A DNA stretch of 64,000 nucleotides from an uncultured virus (IMG/VR IMGVR_UViG_3300008113_000179) (Duplodnaviria > Heunggongvirae > Uroviricota > Caudoviricetes), in the IMG/VR virus record IMGVR_UViG_3300008113_000179. One strand, 5' to 3'. Shown here piece after piece: positions 9,872 to 19,679 of the stretch. Position numbers and translations under genes: made by a program. The notes beneath the pieces were generated by a model. That model saw only the letters and a list, made by a program, of their open reading frames with translations. It ran no database searches and had not been told where the DNA came from. Numbering within the stretch: position 1 is the first letter of the stretch; each line of letters begins with the position of its first letter.

Positions 9872-12367
9872 ATGAGTATAAATTTCTCTAGATTTTTCCT
9901 AAGAGGTCCTAAAAACACCCTTAGATTTCAAAACGGAGTCCACTTTGCCCACAAAGGGCCGTGGATAGCCGCCACTACTAACGCAATTATTGACGAGTGG
10001 TATGTTAGCGAATTTATGGCAGCTGAATATAATATTGTCATCGATGTTACCCCGTTTAGAAAAGAAATGCTTAAATGTTTAGTAATTGCCGGGCCGGATC
10101 AAGCAAATCTTACAATTTACGGACGAACAAATTTTGGTGAAAATCTAATAGATCTTACAGCAACAGTGACAGAGTCAAAACTAACACTCATTGCTAATCC
10201 AACATCTAGCCCAGACGGATCTACCTACGATAATTCTAGTCTATTATTGGGAGGTAAAATTATATTCGGTGCAACATACTATCATTCTATTAACGAAATT
10301 AAATCTACTCCAAATATTTTTACGCCTACTCCAACACCTACGCCTACTCCAACACCTACGCCCCCTCCTACTCCACCCACACCTCCTCCTACTCCGGTGT
10401 CGACATATACAGCTACACCAGTTGCAAATAATGTAAACGAGGGAAGTTCTATTGCAATTAATGTTGCAACAACAAATGTCAACAATGGAACTACTTTATA
10501 CTGGTCAGTGACCAACGCTGGAGATTTTGTTGTATCAAGTGGCAGCTTTACAATTACAAGCGATGTGGGGTCATTTACAGTAACACCTAGTGCTGATGCC
10601 GTAACAGAAAGCGCAGAAACATTTATAGCTAGTGTGAGAACTGGCAGTGTTTCAGGAACAATTGTTGCAACAACTCCAAGTATAACTATTAATGATATCA
10701 GCACAACCCCCTCAGGCACAATCTATAATGTAACAGTTGCTAGTGGAACCAATATATACGGAACTGGAAACAAGTATTATATTGGAGGATTTTCAGGAGC
10801 AAGTCCGACAGTAAACTTAGCAGAAGGCGGAACATACGTGTTTAGACAAAGCGATAGTTCAAATGCTACACATCAGTTGTTGTTCTCTACTACTCCAAAC
10901 GGAACTTGGGGATCAGGAATTGAATACACAACCGGTGTTACAAAAGTAGGAATAGCGGGACAACTCGGTGCATATACTCGGATAGCTGTTCCTATCGGAG
11001 CGCCTACATTATACTATTATTGTATTAACCACAGTGGCATGGGCGGCACAGCAAACACACCTGGTGCTGCTTCTCCAGTATACACTAGTGTGACATCACC
11101 TTCAGACGTGAACGAAGGGTCCATAGTAACATTTACAGTTAATACTCAAAATGTCGTAAATGGCACAACAGTGGGATACACAATCACTGGCATAACAGCA
11201 GGTGATTTGTCTTTAGGATCTCTTACAGGTAATATTACAATTAATAGTAATATAGGAAGTGTATCAGTAACTCTTGCTAATGATGTAACCACCGAGGGTG
11301 CAGAAACAATAACGCTTGCTCTTGCCGGAACAGACAGTGCATCAACAAGTACCGGATCGTTATCGTCATCTACAATAGTTAATGATACTAGTACATCAGC
11401 ACCAACATACGCAGTGACTCCGACAGTAAATAATATAAACGAAGGTAGTGCGTTAACATTCAATGTTACCACGACCGATGTGGCAAATGCAACCACCCTC
11501 TATTGGACCGTTACGAATAGCAGTGACTTTGCCACATCAAGTGGCAGCTTTACTATCACTAGCAATAGTGGGTCATTTATAGTAACACCTAGTGCTGATG
11601 CTACAACAGAAGGTGCAGAAACATTTACCGCAAGTGTTAGAACTGGCAGTGTTTCTGGAACAATTGTTGCAACCTCTAGTTCAGTCACAATTAATGATAC
11701 TAGTGAAACTCCAGCGATATTACCAACATACGCTGTGACTCCGGTTGCAAATAATATAAACGAAGGAAGTGCTCTTGCAATCAATGTTACCACAACCGAT
11801 GTGGCAAATGCAACCACCCTCTATTGGACCGTTACGAATAGCAGTGACTTTGCCACATCAAGTGGCAGCTTTACTATCACTAGTAATAGTGGATCGTTTA
11901 CAGTAACGCCTACTGCTGATGCTACAACAGAAGGTGCAGAAACATTTACAGTGTCTGTTCGTACAGGCAGTATAAGTGGAACAATTGTTGCAACCTCTAG
12001 CTCAATCACAATTAATGATACCAGTGCAACACCAGCGTTTGTCCCAGATTACACAATTAACGTAAGTGCAGTAGATTCCAACAATTATATATTAACTGGC
12101 ACTGCTCGAAACGGTTCAATAAGTGGCAACGACCCAGCATTATCATTTAATAATGGCGATAAGGTAAGTTTTGTTGTAAACGCCTCAAGCCACCCATTCT
12201 GGCTTAAAAATTCAATGGTAACTGGTACAGCAAATGGAATATCAAGCGGAGTAACCAATAACGGTGCATCAAATGGAACAGTTCAGTGGACAGTAGGTTC
12301 AACCGGCACATTCTACTATATTTGCCAATATCATAGCAACATGGTTGGTACAATTACAATATCATAA
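9872..12367 (+). CDS. Virion-associated modular protein: N-terminal domain, Pro/Thr linker, four Ig/Calx-beta-like repeats, two cupredoxin-like domains
   Basis: PTPTPT linker; repeats N(V/I)NEGS...ADATTEGAETF...INDTS; motifs H...YYYCINHSGM and H...YYICQYHSNM. Confidence 0.75.
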   Translation: MSINFSRFFLRGPKNTLRFQNGVHFAHKGPWIAATTNAIIDEWYVSEFMAAEYNIVIDVTPFRKEMLKCLVIAGPDQANLTIYGRTNFGENLIDLTATVTESKLTLIANPTSSPDGSTYDNSSLLLGGKIIFGATYYHSINEIKSTPNIFTPTPTPTPTPTPTPPPTPPTPPPTPVSTYTATPVANNVNEGSSIAINVATTNVNNGTTLYWSVTNAGDFVVSSGSFTITSDVGSFTVTPSADAVTESAETFIASVRTGSVSGTIVATTPSITINDISTTPSGTIYNVTVASGTNIYGTGNKYYIGGFSGASPTVNLAEGGTYVFRQSDSSNATHQLLFSTTPNGTWGSGIEYTTGVTKVGIAGQLGAYTRIAVPIGAPTLYYYCINHSGMGGTANTPGAASPVYTSVTSPSDVNEGSIVTFTVNTQNVVNGTTVGYTITGITAGDLSLGSLTGNITINSNIGSVSVTLANDVTTEGAETITLALAGTDSASTSTGSLSSSTIVNDTSTSAPTYAVTPTVNNINEGSALTFNVTTTDVANATTLYWTVTNSSDFATSSGSFTITSNSGSFIVTPSADATTEGAETFTASVRTGSVSGTIVATSSSVTINDTSETPAILPTYAVTPVANNINEGSALAINVTTTDVANATTLYWTVTNSSDFATSSGSFTITSNSGSFTVTPTADATTEGAETFTVSVRTGSISGTIVATSSSITINDTSATPAFVPDYTINVSAVDSNNYILTGTARNGSISGNDPALSFNNGDKVSFVVNASSHPFWLKNSMVTGTANGISSGVTNNGASNGTVQWTVGSTGTFYYICQYHSNMVGTITIS
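10321..10362 (+). repeat. 18-nt tandem repeat encoding the Pro-Thr linker
   Basis: TACGCCTACTCCAACACC x2 plus a partial third copy. Confidence 0.85.
11401..12026 (+). repeat. Tandem 321-nt intragenic duplication (Ig-like repeats 3 and 4)
   Basis: 11461-11572 and 11782-11893 are almost identical at DNA level, offset 321 nt (107 codons). Confidence 0.9.
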
Positions 12368-12406
12368 AGTGATGTTATTAGCACCAAACGGTTTAATCTT
12401 TCTAAC

Positions 12407-12412
12407 TAAATA
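12407..12412 (+). promoter_or_regulatory. T4-type late promoter core (TAAATA)
   Basis: CTAAATA in the intergenic gap upstream of structural genes. Confidence 0.55.
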
Positions 12413-12464
12413 CACTTGAGTACTTTTGTAGAAGTTGTGGTTGGCTTAATAGCGAGGATACCTA

Positions 12465-13061
12465 ATGTCAGTAGCATATATACCTTTAGAATCAAAAAGC
12501 GGCTTTAAGAGCCCGGGATTTACGGTTGACGAAAACGGAAATCTTACAATTAGCGGCGCCTTGGCAATTGGGGGCGATTTTAGTACTACTGGTATTTTTT
12601 ATGTTAACGGTATTCAATTATTAGACAATACCGATTCAACAGTTTCTCTAGGTAATCAAATTCGGTATAGCAGCTTAACAAAACTAGGCTCACTAGAGTT
12701 TTTAAACATTGACGGCGATCTAGTCGTCACACAAGGTTCTACCCCATACATTCAAATTATCAACGGTAATACCAGAGTTAATAGTGTTAACGGTGTGGGA
12801 TCTATGGATAATATTGATGTTGGATTAAAGCAACCAGCAGACGGAAATTTTAAATCACTTAATGTTGGACCTAGCGATAGTCAAGGACAATTAAGTGTTC
12901 AAGGAAATTTAATTGTTTCAGGGTTGTCTAATTTAACTGGCACAGTGACCGTGACCGGAGATGTTGGCATCACCAACTTACCCACAGAACAAACACACGC
13001 AACAAGAAAAGATTACGTAGATGCTCGTGTAGCTGCATTTGCAATTGCTTTTGGGGCATAA
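12465..13061 (+). CDS. Virion structural protein (fibre-like, hypothetical)
   Basis: GAGG SD; Gly/Asn beta-rich; C-terminal HATRKDYVD..AFAIAFG typical of phage fibre-associated proteins. Confidence 0.6.
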   Translation: MSVAYIPLESKSGFKSPGFTVDENGNLTISGALAIGGDFSTTGIFYVNGIQLLDNTDSTVSLGNQIRYSSLTKLGSLEFLNIDGDLVVTQGSTPYIQIINGNTRVNSVNGVGSMDNIDVGLKQPADGNFKSLNVGPSDSQGQLSVQGNLIVSGLSNLTGTVTVTGDVGITNLPTEQTHATRKDYVDARVAAFAIAFGA

Positions 13062-13071
13062 GGAAAAATAA

Positions 13072-16000
13072 ATGGCAAAGAAACAGATAAAAAATTATGT
13101 ATTTGAACCGGGGATTAGTAAAGACGCTAATCTTTATCCAAAAGCAGTTGCATTGGTACTTGCAAATAAAAATTTTATTATTGAACAAGAAATCGCGTAC
13201 ATACAAAATCAAGTAGCTAATAATATTGGAGTGTTTAACGGTTATAGTTATGCCCCAGAGAAGTGCCGAAGAGACTACATTTATTACTTTGATGCAATGA
13301 TTCACGATTTGCGTTACGGTGGAAATGTAAGAACAAGACAAGTTGCAGAATTATTCTGGATTGATGGCCGGCCTCAAATTCGAAATGGTGTTCCTGCTGT
13401 ACTAGCAGCTCAACAATACGTTCGTGAGTTAATTAACAATTACGTTTTAACCAACACTGCTCCTTCGAATTTATATGGACAGACTGCGGTTCAGCAAGTG
13501 TTTGTTGCCAACAATCCGGGAGAAGCAGGAGCAGCTTCATCAATTACTCAATATTGGGCAACCATTGGTAACGTGATTCAAAATGGTCTAAGCCAACTGC
13601 CTGGAAAAATTAACGGTGTAAGCAGTGTACGATTACTGGGAAATTATATTTCCAGTGAAGTATTATTGATTACTGATACTCAAACCGGTAATATTCTTTA
13701 TAACTTTTCGGATTCCTCTAAGACTATCAACTTTACCTATAAAGGTGGAACCAGCAGCGGAGATGGGCGTCCGGTATCTGATGTAGATTTCCCTTACTGG
13801 TGGCAAACCACTGATACAATTACATCAATTAATTTTTCTGAAGATACAAGTCATTTAGCCAACGGTTCTGATATACAGATATTTGTTGAAGAACCAAGCC
13901 AACAAATTCGTCCTTGGGATTTTGGAACAGATGCTATCGAGCGTATGCGTGTTGCTGCTCCGCAGGCCATGCTTGACGCTGACTTTGAATACGGACTACA
14001 ACCAACCAAGTGGCAAGCACTTGGGCTACAACGTAGTTACCCATCTTTTTATGAGATTCCAGGTACTGATGTGGCCATTACTGCTGTGGTTACCGATGCA
14101 TCGACCGGATCAGGCGGGTTTGGAGCATCATTAATTACTGTTACTTCGTCGGGCACACACGGGTTTAATGTAGGAACTCCAATTACCATTCGAGGTCTTA
14201 ACGGAGCTGTTGCTGGATTTAGCCGAGCAGAAGGATCATATATCCTTACTGGAATACCAACCCCGTACACGTTCCAGTACTATGCATCGAGTAAAGTGGG
14301 TACAATTCTCAATGACAGCTTGTTTACTTCATATGTGCAGGTTCGTCAGGCTGGATTTTATACTGGTGCTACAATTGGATCACCAGCATTTAGCATATTC
14401 AGCAATGGTGCTAATTCTACACTTACTACATTGTTCACAGGTCAAGCAGGTGACGTTGGTATTGTGTTTACAGGAAGTGCTCCATCTGCAGGAGCTCCTG
14501 TAACAGGGTCACCTGCAATTTTTCCAGGAACATCAGTAAGTGGTGTTGTAGGTAGTGGAACTATTGATGCCACTGTATTAAATTCAACCGTGGCTGGACA
14601 AACTTTTATTGATCTAGTCGATCTTTCTGGAGTTCAGCGAGGAATGGCTGTGGATTCGGGCAGCGGAGTTATTCAGTTTATTTCATCAATACAAGGAAAT
14701 AGAGCGAACCTAGACGGAGCCTACAATATTGTAAAAGCAGGAACCAACCAAACATATATTAATGTAGCAGGATCTAATGTAATATCAATCGGTACTAACG
14801 CTAGATTTGATATTGAAAGAACCAACGGTGCGTATATAGTTACTCCCCGCTCAGATAGTACAACAAACGGTCAAAACTATTCTAGAGGCGATCAAATTAA
14901 AATACTTGGCAGTGAGTTAGGCGGAGTCGATGGCGTTAATGATTTAATTATTACTGTTGTTAATGTTGACAGCGGTGGTGTTATTGCTGATATTAACCCC
15001 AACCCTATGCTTGGCCCAGTTGTTTATGGATTTACCTACACCGGCACAGCAATTAGTGGAGGTGCAACTTACACTAACCTCTTGCAATATCAAACTTCGA
15101 GTGTGGGAACTGGGGCTACAATTACTGTAGTTCGAGCAGGCGGCACTGGAGCAGCCTTGTATGGCACTTACCAAACTGTTACCCTTACTGCTCCTGGTAT
15201 AGGATTTGACGTAGGCGATACAATTACATGGGCTGGAACAGACTTAGGTGGCTCAACGCCATTAAATAATTTAAGCATAACGGTTGCCAGTGTCAACCCG
15301 TCAACTGGTGCAATTGTCGACTGGGAAATTAATGCTCCTCTTTATGCAGATGCAGGAAACGATAGCTACAACGGTGTTGCTGGCCTAAATATTACTCCAG
15401 TAGGAGCTGGTGCTCGTTTTGATATTTCACGTACATTCACTGGATACTCGGCAGTACTTAATGGTAATGGCGGCCTAAACTACGTAGTAGGCAATCGTAT
15501 TAGAATTCTTGGAAGTCAAGTTGGCGGGTCAAACAGCACTAACGATGCACTTGTTGAAGTTGTATCTGTTAGCGGAACTGGAGCAATTCTAACACTTGCA
15601 GTTACTGGAAGCACTTTTGCTGGTGAAACTGTAAGATTTTTTCCAGCACTAACTTTGAGTGATGCATTGATTGCTACTCTACCTAGTGGTACAGTTCTTA
15701 ATGTAGGTGCAATTGCGACTGTCGAAGTTACATTCCTTAGCAATCATGGACTAGTTCCCGGCGCTTCAATATTATCATCAATTAGTTCACAACCAATTCC
15801 CTCATTTGCATCAGCAGCCACTTCGTTGCCAAGTAATGCAACTTGGTCAAGCACAGCAGTAGTCAACGGACGATTTGTTGCTGTAACTGCCAGTGGATCA
15901 ACTAGTGGTTTTTCAGCCAACGGTACTGACTGGTCGGCAGGAGGATCGTTGCCGGCAGGACCTACAAATTGGAGCGGTGTGGCTGGCGGAACTATTGGAG

Positions 16001-19000
16001 CAACAACATATTTTATGGCAGTTGCTAGAGGACCGTCAAGTGTTGCTGCATGGTCGTCCAACGGCGGAGTAACCTGGACACAAATAGCCATGCCAGCATC
16101 ACTTAACTGGACATCGGTTACATTTTATAACGGTATCTTTATTGCTGTAGCAACTGGAAGTAACGCAACAGCATATTCAATTACGGGTACATCATGGGTA
16201 GCAGGCGGATTATTATCAACTTCCACTACTTGGGTTTCGGTTGCCGGCGGCCTAATAGGAACTTTATCATATTTTGTAGCTATTGCATCCGGTGGTACTG
16301 TTGCAAACTTTTCATATGATGGCGGCGTAACTTGGGCAGCTACCAGTGCATTGCCCGGTTCAGTTAACTGGTCAGCCATTACCTATGGTAATAGTAGATT
16401 CTTAGCAGTAGCTAACGGATCAACAGTTGGTGCAATCTCAACAACTGGTACTTCTTGGACGTTAGCATCATTGCCGTCGGGAGCTGCATGGACAGCAGCC
16501 ACGTTCGGTGATACTAGCTTCTTTGTTGCTGCCACTGGTACTACTAGTGCAATAACATCTTTTACAGGCACTACCGGATCATGGACTACTAGAACATTAG
16601 CAACTAGCAGTGCATGGTCTAGCGCGGCATTCTATAGCTATTCTGGATTAGGAATATTTGCACTTGTTGGTAATTCAACCACTGGACTAAGAGCTGTATT
16701 AACTTCTGGAAACCACGAACTTGCTGCAGGTCCATTTATTGTGACAGCAGTACCATCATTAACTAAAATTAGATATCCAGCAAGAACTACTGGCACTATT
16801 GACGTGAGCACTACTCCGTTAAGCGGAGTTGTATATTCTCGTCCAGACACGTTCTTCCAACATCGTCCGTTTGACGGTGGCGTTCAGCTAGGTACAGGCG
16901 GGCCACAACACGGTGCGCAAGCAGTTCGACAGAGTAAAAAGTATATTCGTTATCAGTCTGGTAAAGGCATTATGTATACAACTGGTGCACTATTTGCCCC
17001 AAGTTATAATATCGCAAGTGCAACTGCTGACGGCACAGCGGTCAACAGCTTGATTACATTTACAACAGATGATACTGATCACGGTTTGCAACCAGGTGGC
17101 GTTGTTCAAATTACCGGCATGCTTACATTTGAATACAACGGTAGCTTTACAGTCGAGGCTGTAAGAGATAGTAGAACTTTTAGAGTTAGAACAGCAATAC
17201 CACTGACATCGATTACTGGTATACTTGGATCAGATTCAAAACTAACAGTTTTAGTCTGGCACGGAGCAACTGTACGCTCAGGCCCGTTTGATGATCAAAA
17301 CGGCATTTTTTATCAGTATGACGGACAAACATTAGCACTAGGAAAACGATCAAGTACATTCCAGTTAGCAGGTGTAGTAAACGTAGCACCCGATACTAAT
17401 GTGCTAACTGGAACCAGCACTAGATTCCAAGACCAGCTGAGAGTTGGTGATAAAATTGTTATTAGGGGTATGAGTCATACTGTTACTTCGATTGCAAATC
17501 AAACATCGTTAACCATGGCTCCGGATTATCGAGGAAACGTCTCGGCAATCGGTGCTAAGATTTGTTTAACTCAAGACATCTTGGTACCACAAGGCCAATG
17601 GAATATGGACAACGGCGACGGAACTGGTCCTAGTGGGTACAACATCAACGTTGGTAAGATGCAGATGATCGGTATTCAGTACTCATGGTATGCGGCTGGT
17701 TTTATTGAGTTTATGTTAAGGGGTGCAGATGGTAAATTTATATTCTTACATAGAATTCGTAACTCAAACGTAAACACCGAAGCGTACATGCGTACTGCCA
17801 ACTTGCCAGTTCGTTATGAAGTTCAAAACGAAAGTGCAAGAACAGCATTAAGAGAAGTATTAGGTCCTAACGCATCTTACATGACAGTTTACAACACTGA
17901 ATTCTTCCCAACTAGTGGTACATTATATGTTGACAATGAACTAATTACATTTACTGGTAAAAATAGAGATAGATTAACTGGGTTATCAAGAGGAGCAACA
18001 TTTACTAATTTTGCAGCCGGTGCTAATAGAACGTATTCTGCAGGAGCAGCCGCAAGTCACGCAATTAATGCTGGAGTAATTTTGATTAGCTGCACAATTA
18101 GTCCAGCAATTAGTCACTGGGGTAGTGCAATTCTAACAGATGGTATGTTTGACGAAGATCGAGGTTATTTGTTTAACTATGCAGCTACAAACGTTGCAGT
18201 ATCTACAACAAAGACAACGGCATTTATGATTCGATTAGCACCTAGTGTGTCAAACGCGATCACAGGTGACTTGGGAGATCGTGAATTATTAAATCGTGCG
18301 CAATTATTATTACAATCAATTGCCATCACATCTGATGCATTAGTCGGCGGAGCGATTGGAGGCCTAGTTGTTGAAGGAGTATTGAACCCACAAAACTATC
18401 CAACAGATCCTGGCACGGTACAATGGTCGGCGCTGAACGGTGTGTCACAGGGCGGACAGCCTAGCTTTGCACAAATTGCTCCAGGCGGTAACGTAAACTG
18501 GGCAAGCGGTGCAACACAAACAACTGCAACAGCATCAACTGCTACAGGCGATAGTCGAAATAGAACAAACTTTTTGGTCTTTAAACAATCAAGTTGGGAC
18601 GCTAGTGGAGCAAAAGTAGGCACTGAGGTACAGGATTATACTAGATTCCCAGCGGGAACTCGTGTAACTCGAGTAGACGGTCCCGCTAACTATATTGGCG
18701 GTAGTGCTGGTAATGAATATGTTGTTTATTTTTCACAAAACTCGTTGGGTAATATTGTAGGCGATACTAATATAACATTCTTATTTGGACAACCGCCATA
18801 TGCGCTACCAGGAGAACAGGTATTTTCGTTTATTTCAAACGCAGGCGATGCTACTACACTAGAACTAACTGGGTTGAAAGAATTGACAAGTACAAGTATT
18901 GGTGGTAGAGGAACTTATCCAAACGGACCTGACGTATTGGCCATCAACGTGTACAAGGTTGCAGGCACAGCAACCAATGCTAACATTATTGTACGATGGA

Positions 19001-19017
19001 GTGAAGCGCAGGCTTAA
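13072..19017 (+). CDS. Very large (1981 aa) virion structural/fibre protein with internal beta-propeller
   Basis: AAGGA SD; KCRRD...DLRYGGN and DADFEYGLQPTKW motifs of large myovirus structural proteins; W-x-S-V-x-(Y/F)-G blade repeats at about 15800-16700. Confidence 0.75.
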   Translation: MAKKQIKNYVFEPGISKDANLYPKAVALVLANKNFIIEQEIAYIQNQVANNIGVFNGYSYAPEKCRRDYIYYFDAMIHDLRYGGNVRTRQVAELFWIDGRPQIRNGVPAVLAAQQYVRELINNYVLTNTAPSNLYGQTAVQQVFVANNPGEAGAASSITQYWATIGNVIQNGLSQLPGKINGVSSVRLLGNYISSEVLLITDTQTGNILYNFSDSSKTINFTYKGGTSSGDGRPVSDVDFPYWWQTTDTITSINFSEDTSHLANGSDIQIFVEEPSQQIRPWDFGTDAIERMRVAAPQAMLDADFEYGLQPTKWQALGLQRSYPSFYEIPGTDVAITAVVTDASTGSGGFGASLITVTSSGTHGFNVGTPITIRGLNGAVAGFSRAEGSYILTGIPTPYTFQYYASSKVGTILNDSLFTSYVQVRQAGFYTGATIGSPAFSIFSNGANSTLTTLFTGQAGDVGIVFTGSAPSAGAPVTGSPAIFPGTSVSGVVGSGTIDATVLNSTVAGQTFIDLVDLSGVQRGMAVDSGSGVIQFISSIQGNRANLDGAYNIVKAGTNQTYINVAGSNVISIGTNARFDIERTNGAYIVTPRSDSTTNGQNYSRGDQIKILGSELGGVDGVNDLIITVVNVDSGGVIADINPNPMLGPVVYGFTYTGTAISGGATYTNLLQYQTSSVGTGATITVVRAGGTGAALYGTYQTVTLTAPGIGFDVGDTITWAGTDLGGSTPLNNLSITVASVNPSTGAIVDWEINAPLYADAGNDSYNGVAGLNITPVGAGARFDISRTFTGYSAVLNGNGGLNYVVGNRIRILGSQVGGSNSTNDALVEVVSVSGTGAILTLAVTGSTFAGETVRFFPALTLSDALIATLPSGTVLNVGAIATVEVTFLSNHGLVPGASILSSISSQPIPSFASAATSLPSNATWSSTAVVNGRFVAVTASGSTSGFSANGTDWSAGGSLPAGPTNWSGVAGGTIGATTYFMAVARGPSSVAAWSSNGGVTWTQIAMPASLNWTSVTFYNGIFIAVATGSNATAYSITGTSWVAGGLLSTSTTWVSVAGGLIGTLSYFVAIASGGTVANFSYDGGVTWAATSALPGSVNWSAITYGNSRFLAVANGSTVGAISTTGTSWTLASLPSGAAWTAATFGDTSFFVAATGTTSAITSFTGTTGSWTTRTLATSSAWSSAAFYSYSGLGIFALVGNSTTGLRAVLTSGNHELAAGPFIVTAVPSLTKIRYPARTTGTIDVSTTPLSGVVYSRPDTFFQHRPFDGGVQLGTGGPQHGAQAVRQSKKYIRYQSGKGIMYTTGALFAPSYNIASATADGTAVNSLITFTTDDTDHGLQPGGVVQITGMLTFEYNGSFTVEAVRDSRTFRVRTAIPLTSITGILGSDSKLTVLVWHGATVRSGPFDDQNGIFYQYDGQTLALGKRSSTFQLAGVVNVAPDTNVLTGTSTRFQDQLRVGDKIVIRGMSHTVTSIANQTSLTMAPDYRGNVSAIGAKICLTQDILVPQGQWNMDNGDGTGPSGYNINVGKMQMIGIQYSWYAAGFIEFMLRGADGKFIFLHRIRNSNVNTEAYMRTANLPVRYEVQNESARTALREVLGPNASYMTVYNTEFFPTSGTLYVDNELITFTGKNRDRLTGLSRGATFTNFAAGANRTYSAGAAASHAINAGVILISCTISPAISHWGSAILTDGMFDEDRGYLFNYAATNVAVSTTKTTAFMIRLAPSVSNAITGDLGDRELLNRAQLLLQSIAITSDALVGGAIGGLVVEGVLNPQNYPTDPGTVQWSALNGVSQGGQPSFAQIAPGGNVNWASGATQTTATASTATGDSRNRTNFLVFKQSSWDASGAKVGTEVQDYTRFPAGTRVTRVDGPANYIGGSAGNEYVVYFSQNSLGNIVGDTNITFLFGQPPYALPGEQVFSFISNAGDATTLELTGLKELTSTSIGGRGTYPNGPDVLAINVYKVAGTATNANIIVRWSEAQA

Positions 19018-19301
19018 CGGGGAGGGGTGCGCAAACTGTTTTTATAAGCAGTAAGCCCCTCATCCAACTTTTGACGATACTTAGCTATGTTTATTCTAAG
19101 TTCGCTAGTATCGGTAGGTAACTTGCCAGATATAAAAATCTGTTCGTGATGTTGGTCCACATACTCAACTTGAGACTTCAAGTTCATTAATGTGTCAGTC
19201 AAATCTTTTTGTAGATTAGGATCCGTTATTTCTGATATTTCTTTTTGGTAATGGCGAAAGTCAGCCAACCATTTTTCATCGTGTTGTAATTTTGGGAACA
19301 T
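19014..19301 (-). CDS. Hypothetical protein (helical)
   Basis: 95-aa ORF continuing the minus-strand run, overlapping the upstream gene. Confidence 0.6.
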   Translation of the reverse strand: MFPKLQHDEKWLADFRHYQKEISEITDPNLQKDLTDTLMNLKSQVEYVDQHHEQIFISGKLPTDTSELRINIAKYRQKLDEGLTAYKNSLRTPPR

Positions 19302-19671
19302 TTTCTAGCACCAGTATAGTATCGAGTTTGGCTCGTATGAGCTGATTATTTAGTGTGGTTTTAAGACCTGTATGTAGATGTTTTGGAAGAAAATCAAGGT
19401 CGGCCCAACATAATGTATTAGGACTAGTTGTTAAAAATTCTTCTTCTACTAAGCAGACATATGTGCCGTATTCAAAACCTTTATCCTCAGAAAGATATAA
19501 TTCAATTGGCAATAATCTTCCCGATTGATAACTTTCTAACAGAGATTTTGCATCGTCGTAAATAACTCCGACCCTAGCAAATGTAGGAACAGTCCAAGAA
19601 GAATTTTCTAGAATTAATAAAATTCTACCTGTATTTTTGGCAAGGAAAAGTAAACCAGCACGTTGTTGCAT
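19276..19671 (-). CDS. Nudix-fold-like protein lacking the Nudix box
   Basis: RAGLLFLAKNTGRILLIL start and F.Y.TY.C.VEEEF..W..L..LP..LH.GL end resemble Nudix hydrolases; the GX5EX7REUXEE box is absent. Confidence 0.5.
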   Translation of the reverse strand: MQQRAGLLFLAKNTGRILLILENSSWTVPTFARVGVIYDDAKSLLESYQSGRLLPIELYLSEDKGFEYGTYVCLVEEEFLTTSPNTLCWADLDFLPKHLHTGLKTTLNNQLIRAKLDTILVLENVPKITTR

Positions 19672-19679
19672 GCTCGTAC

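Noticed and set aside
11401..12026. DGR template/variable repeat pair
   Set aside because: Both copies are in-frame in one gene, differences include synonymous non-adenine changes, and no reverse transcriptase is in the window
600..18623. Many short minus-strand and alternative-frame ORFs in the track (Val/Ala/Pro-rich)
   Set aside because: Antisense shadows of Thr/Gly/Ser-rich structural genes; no SD, promoter or motif support
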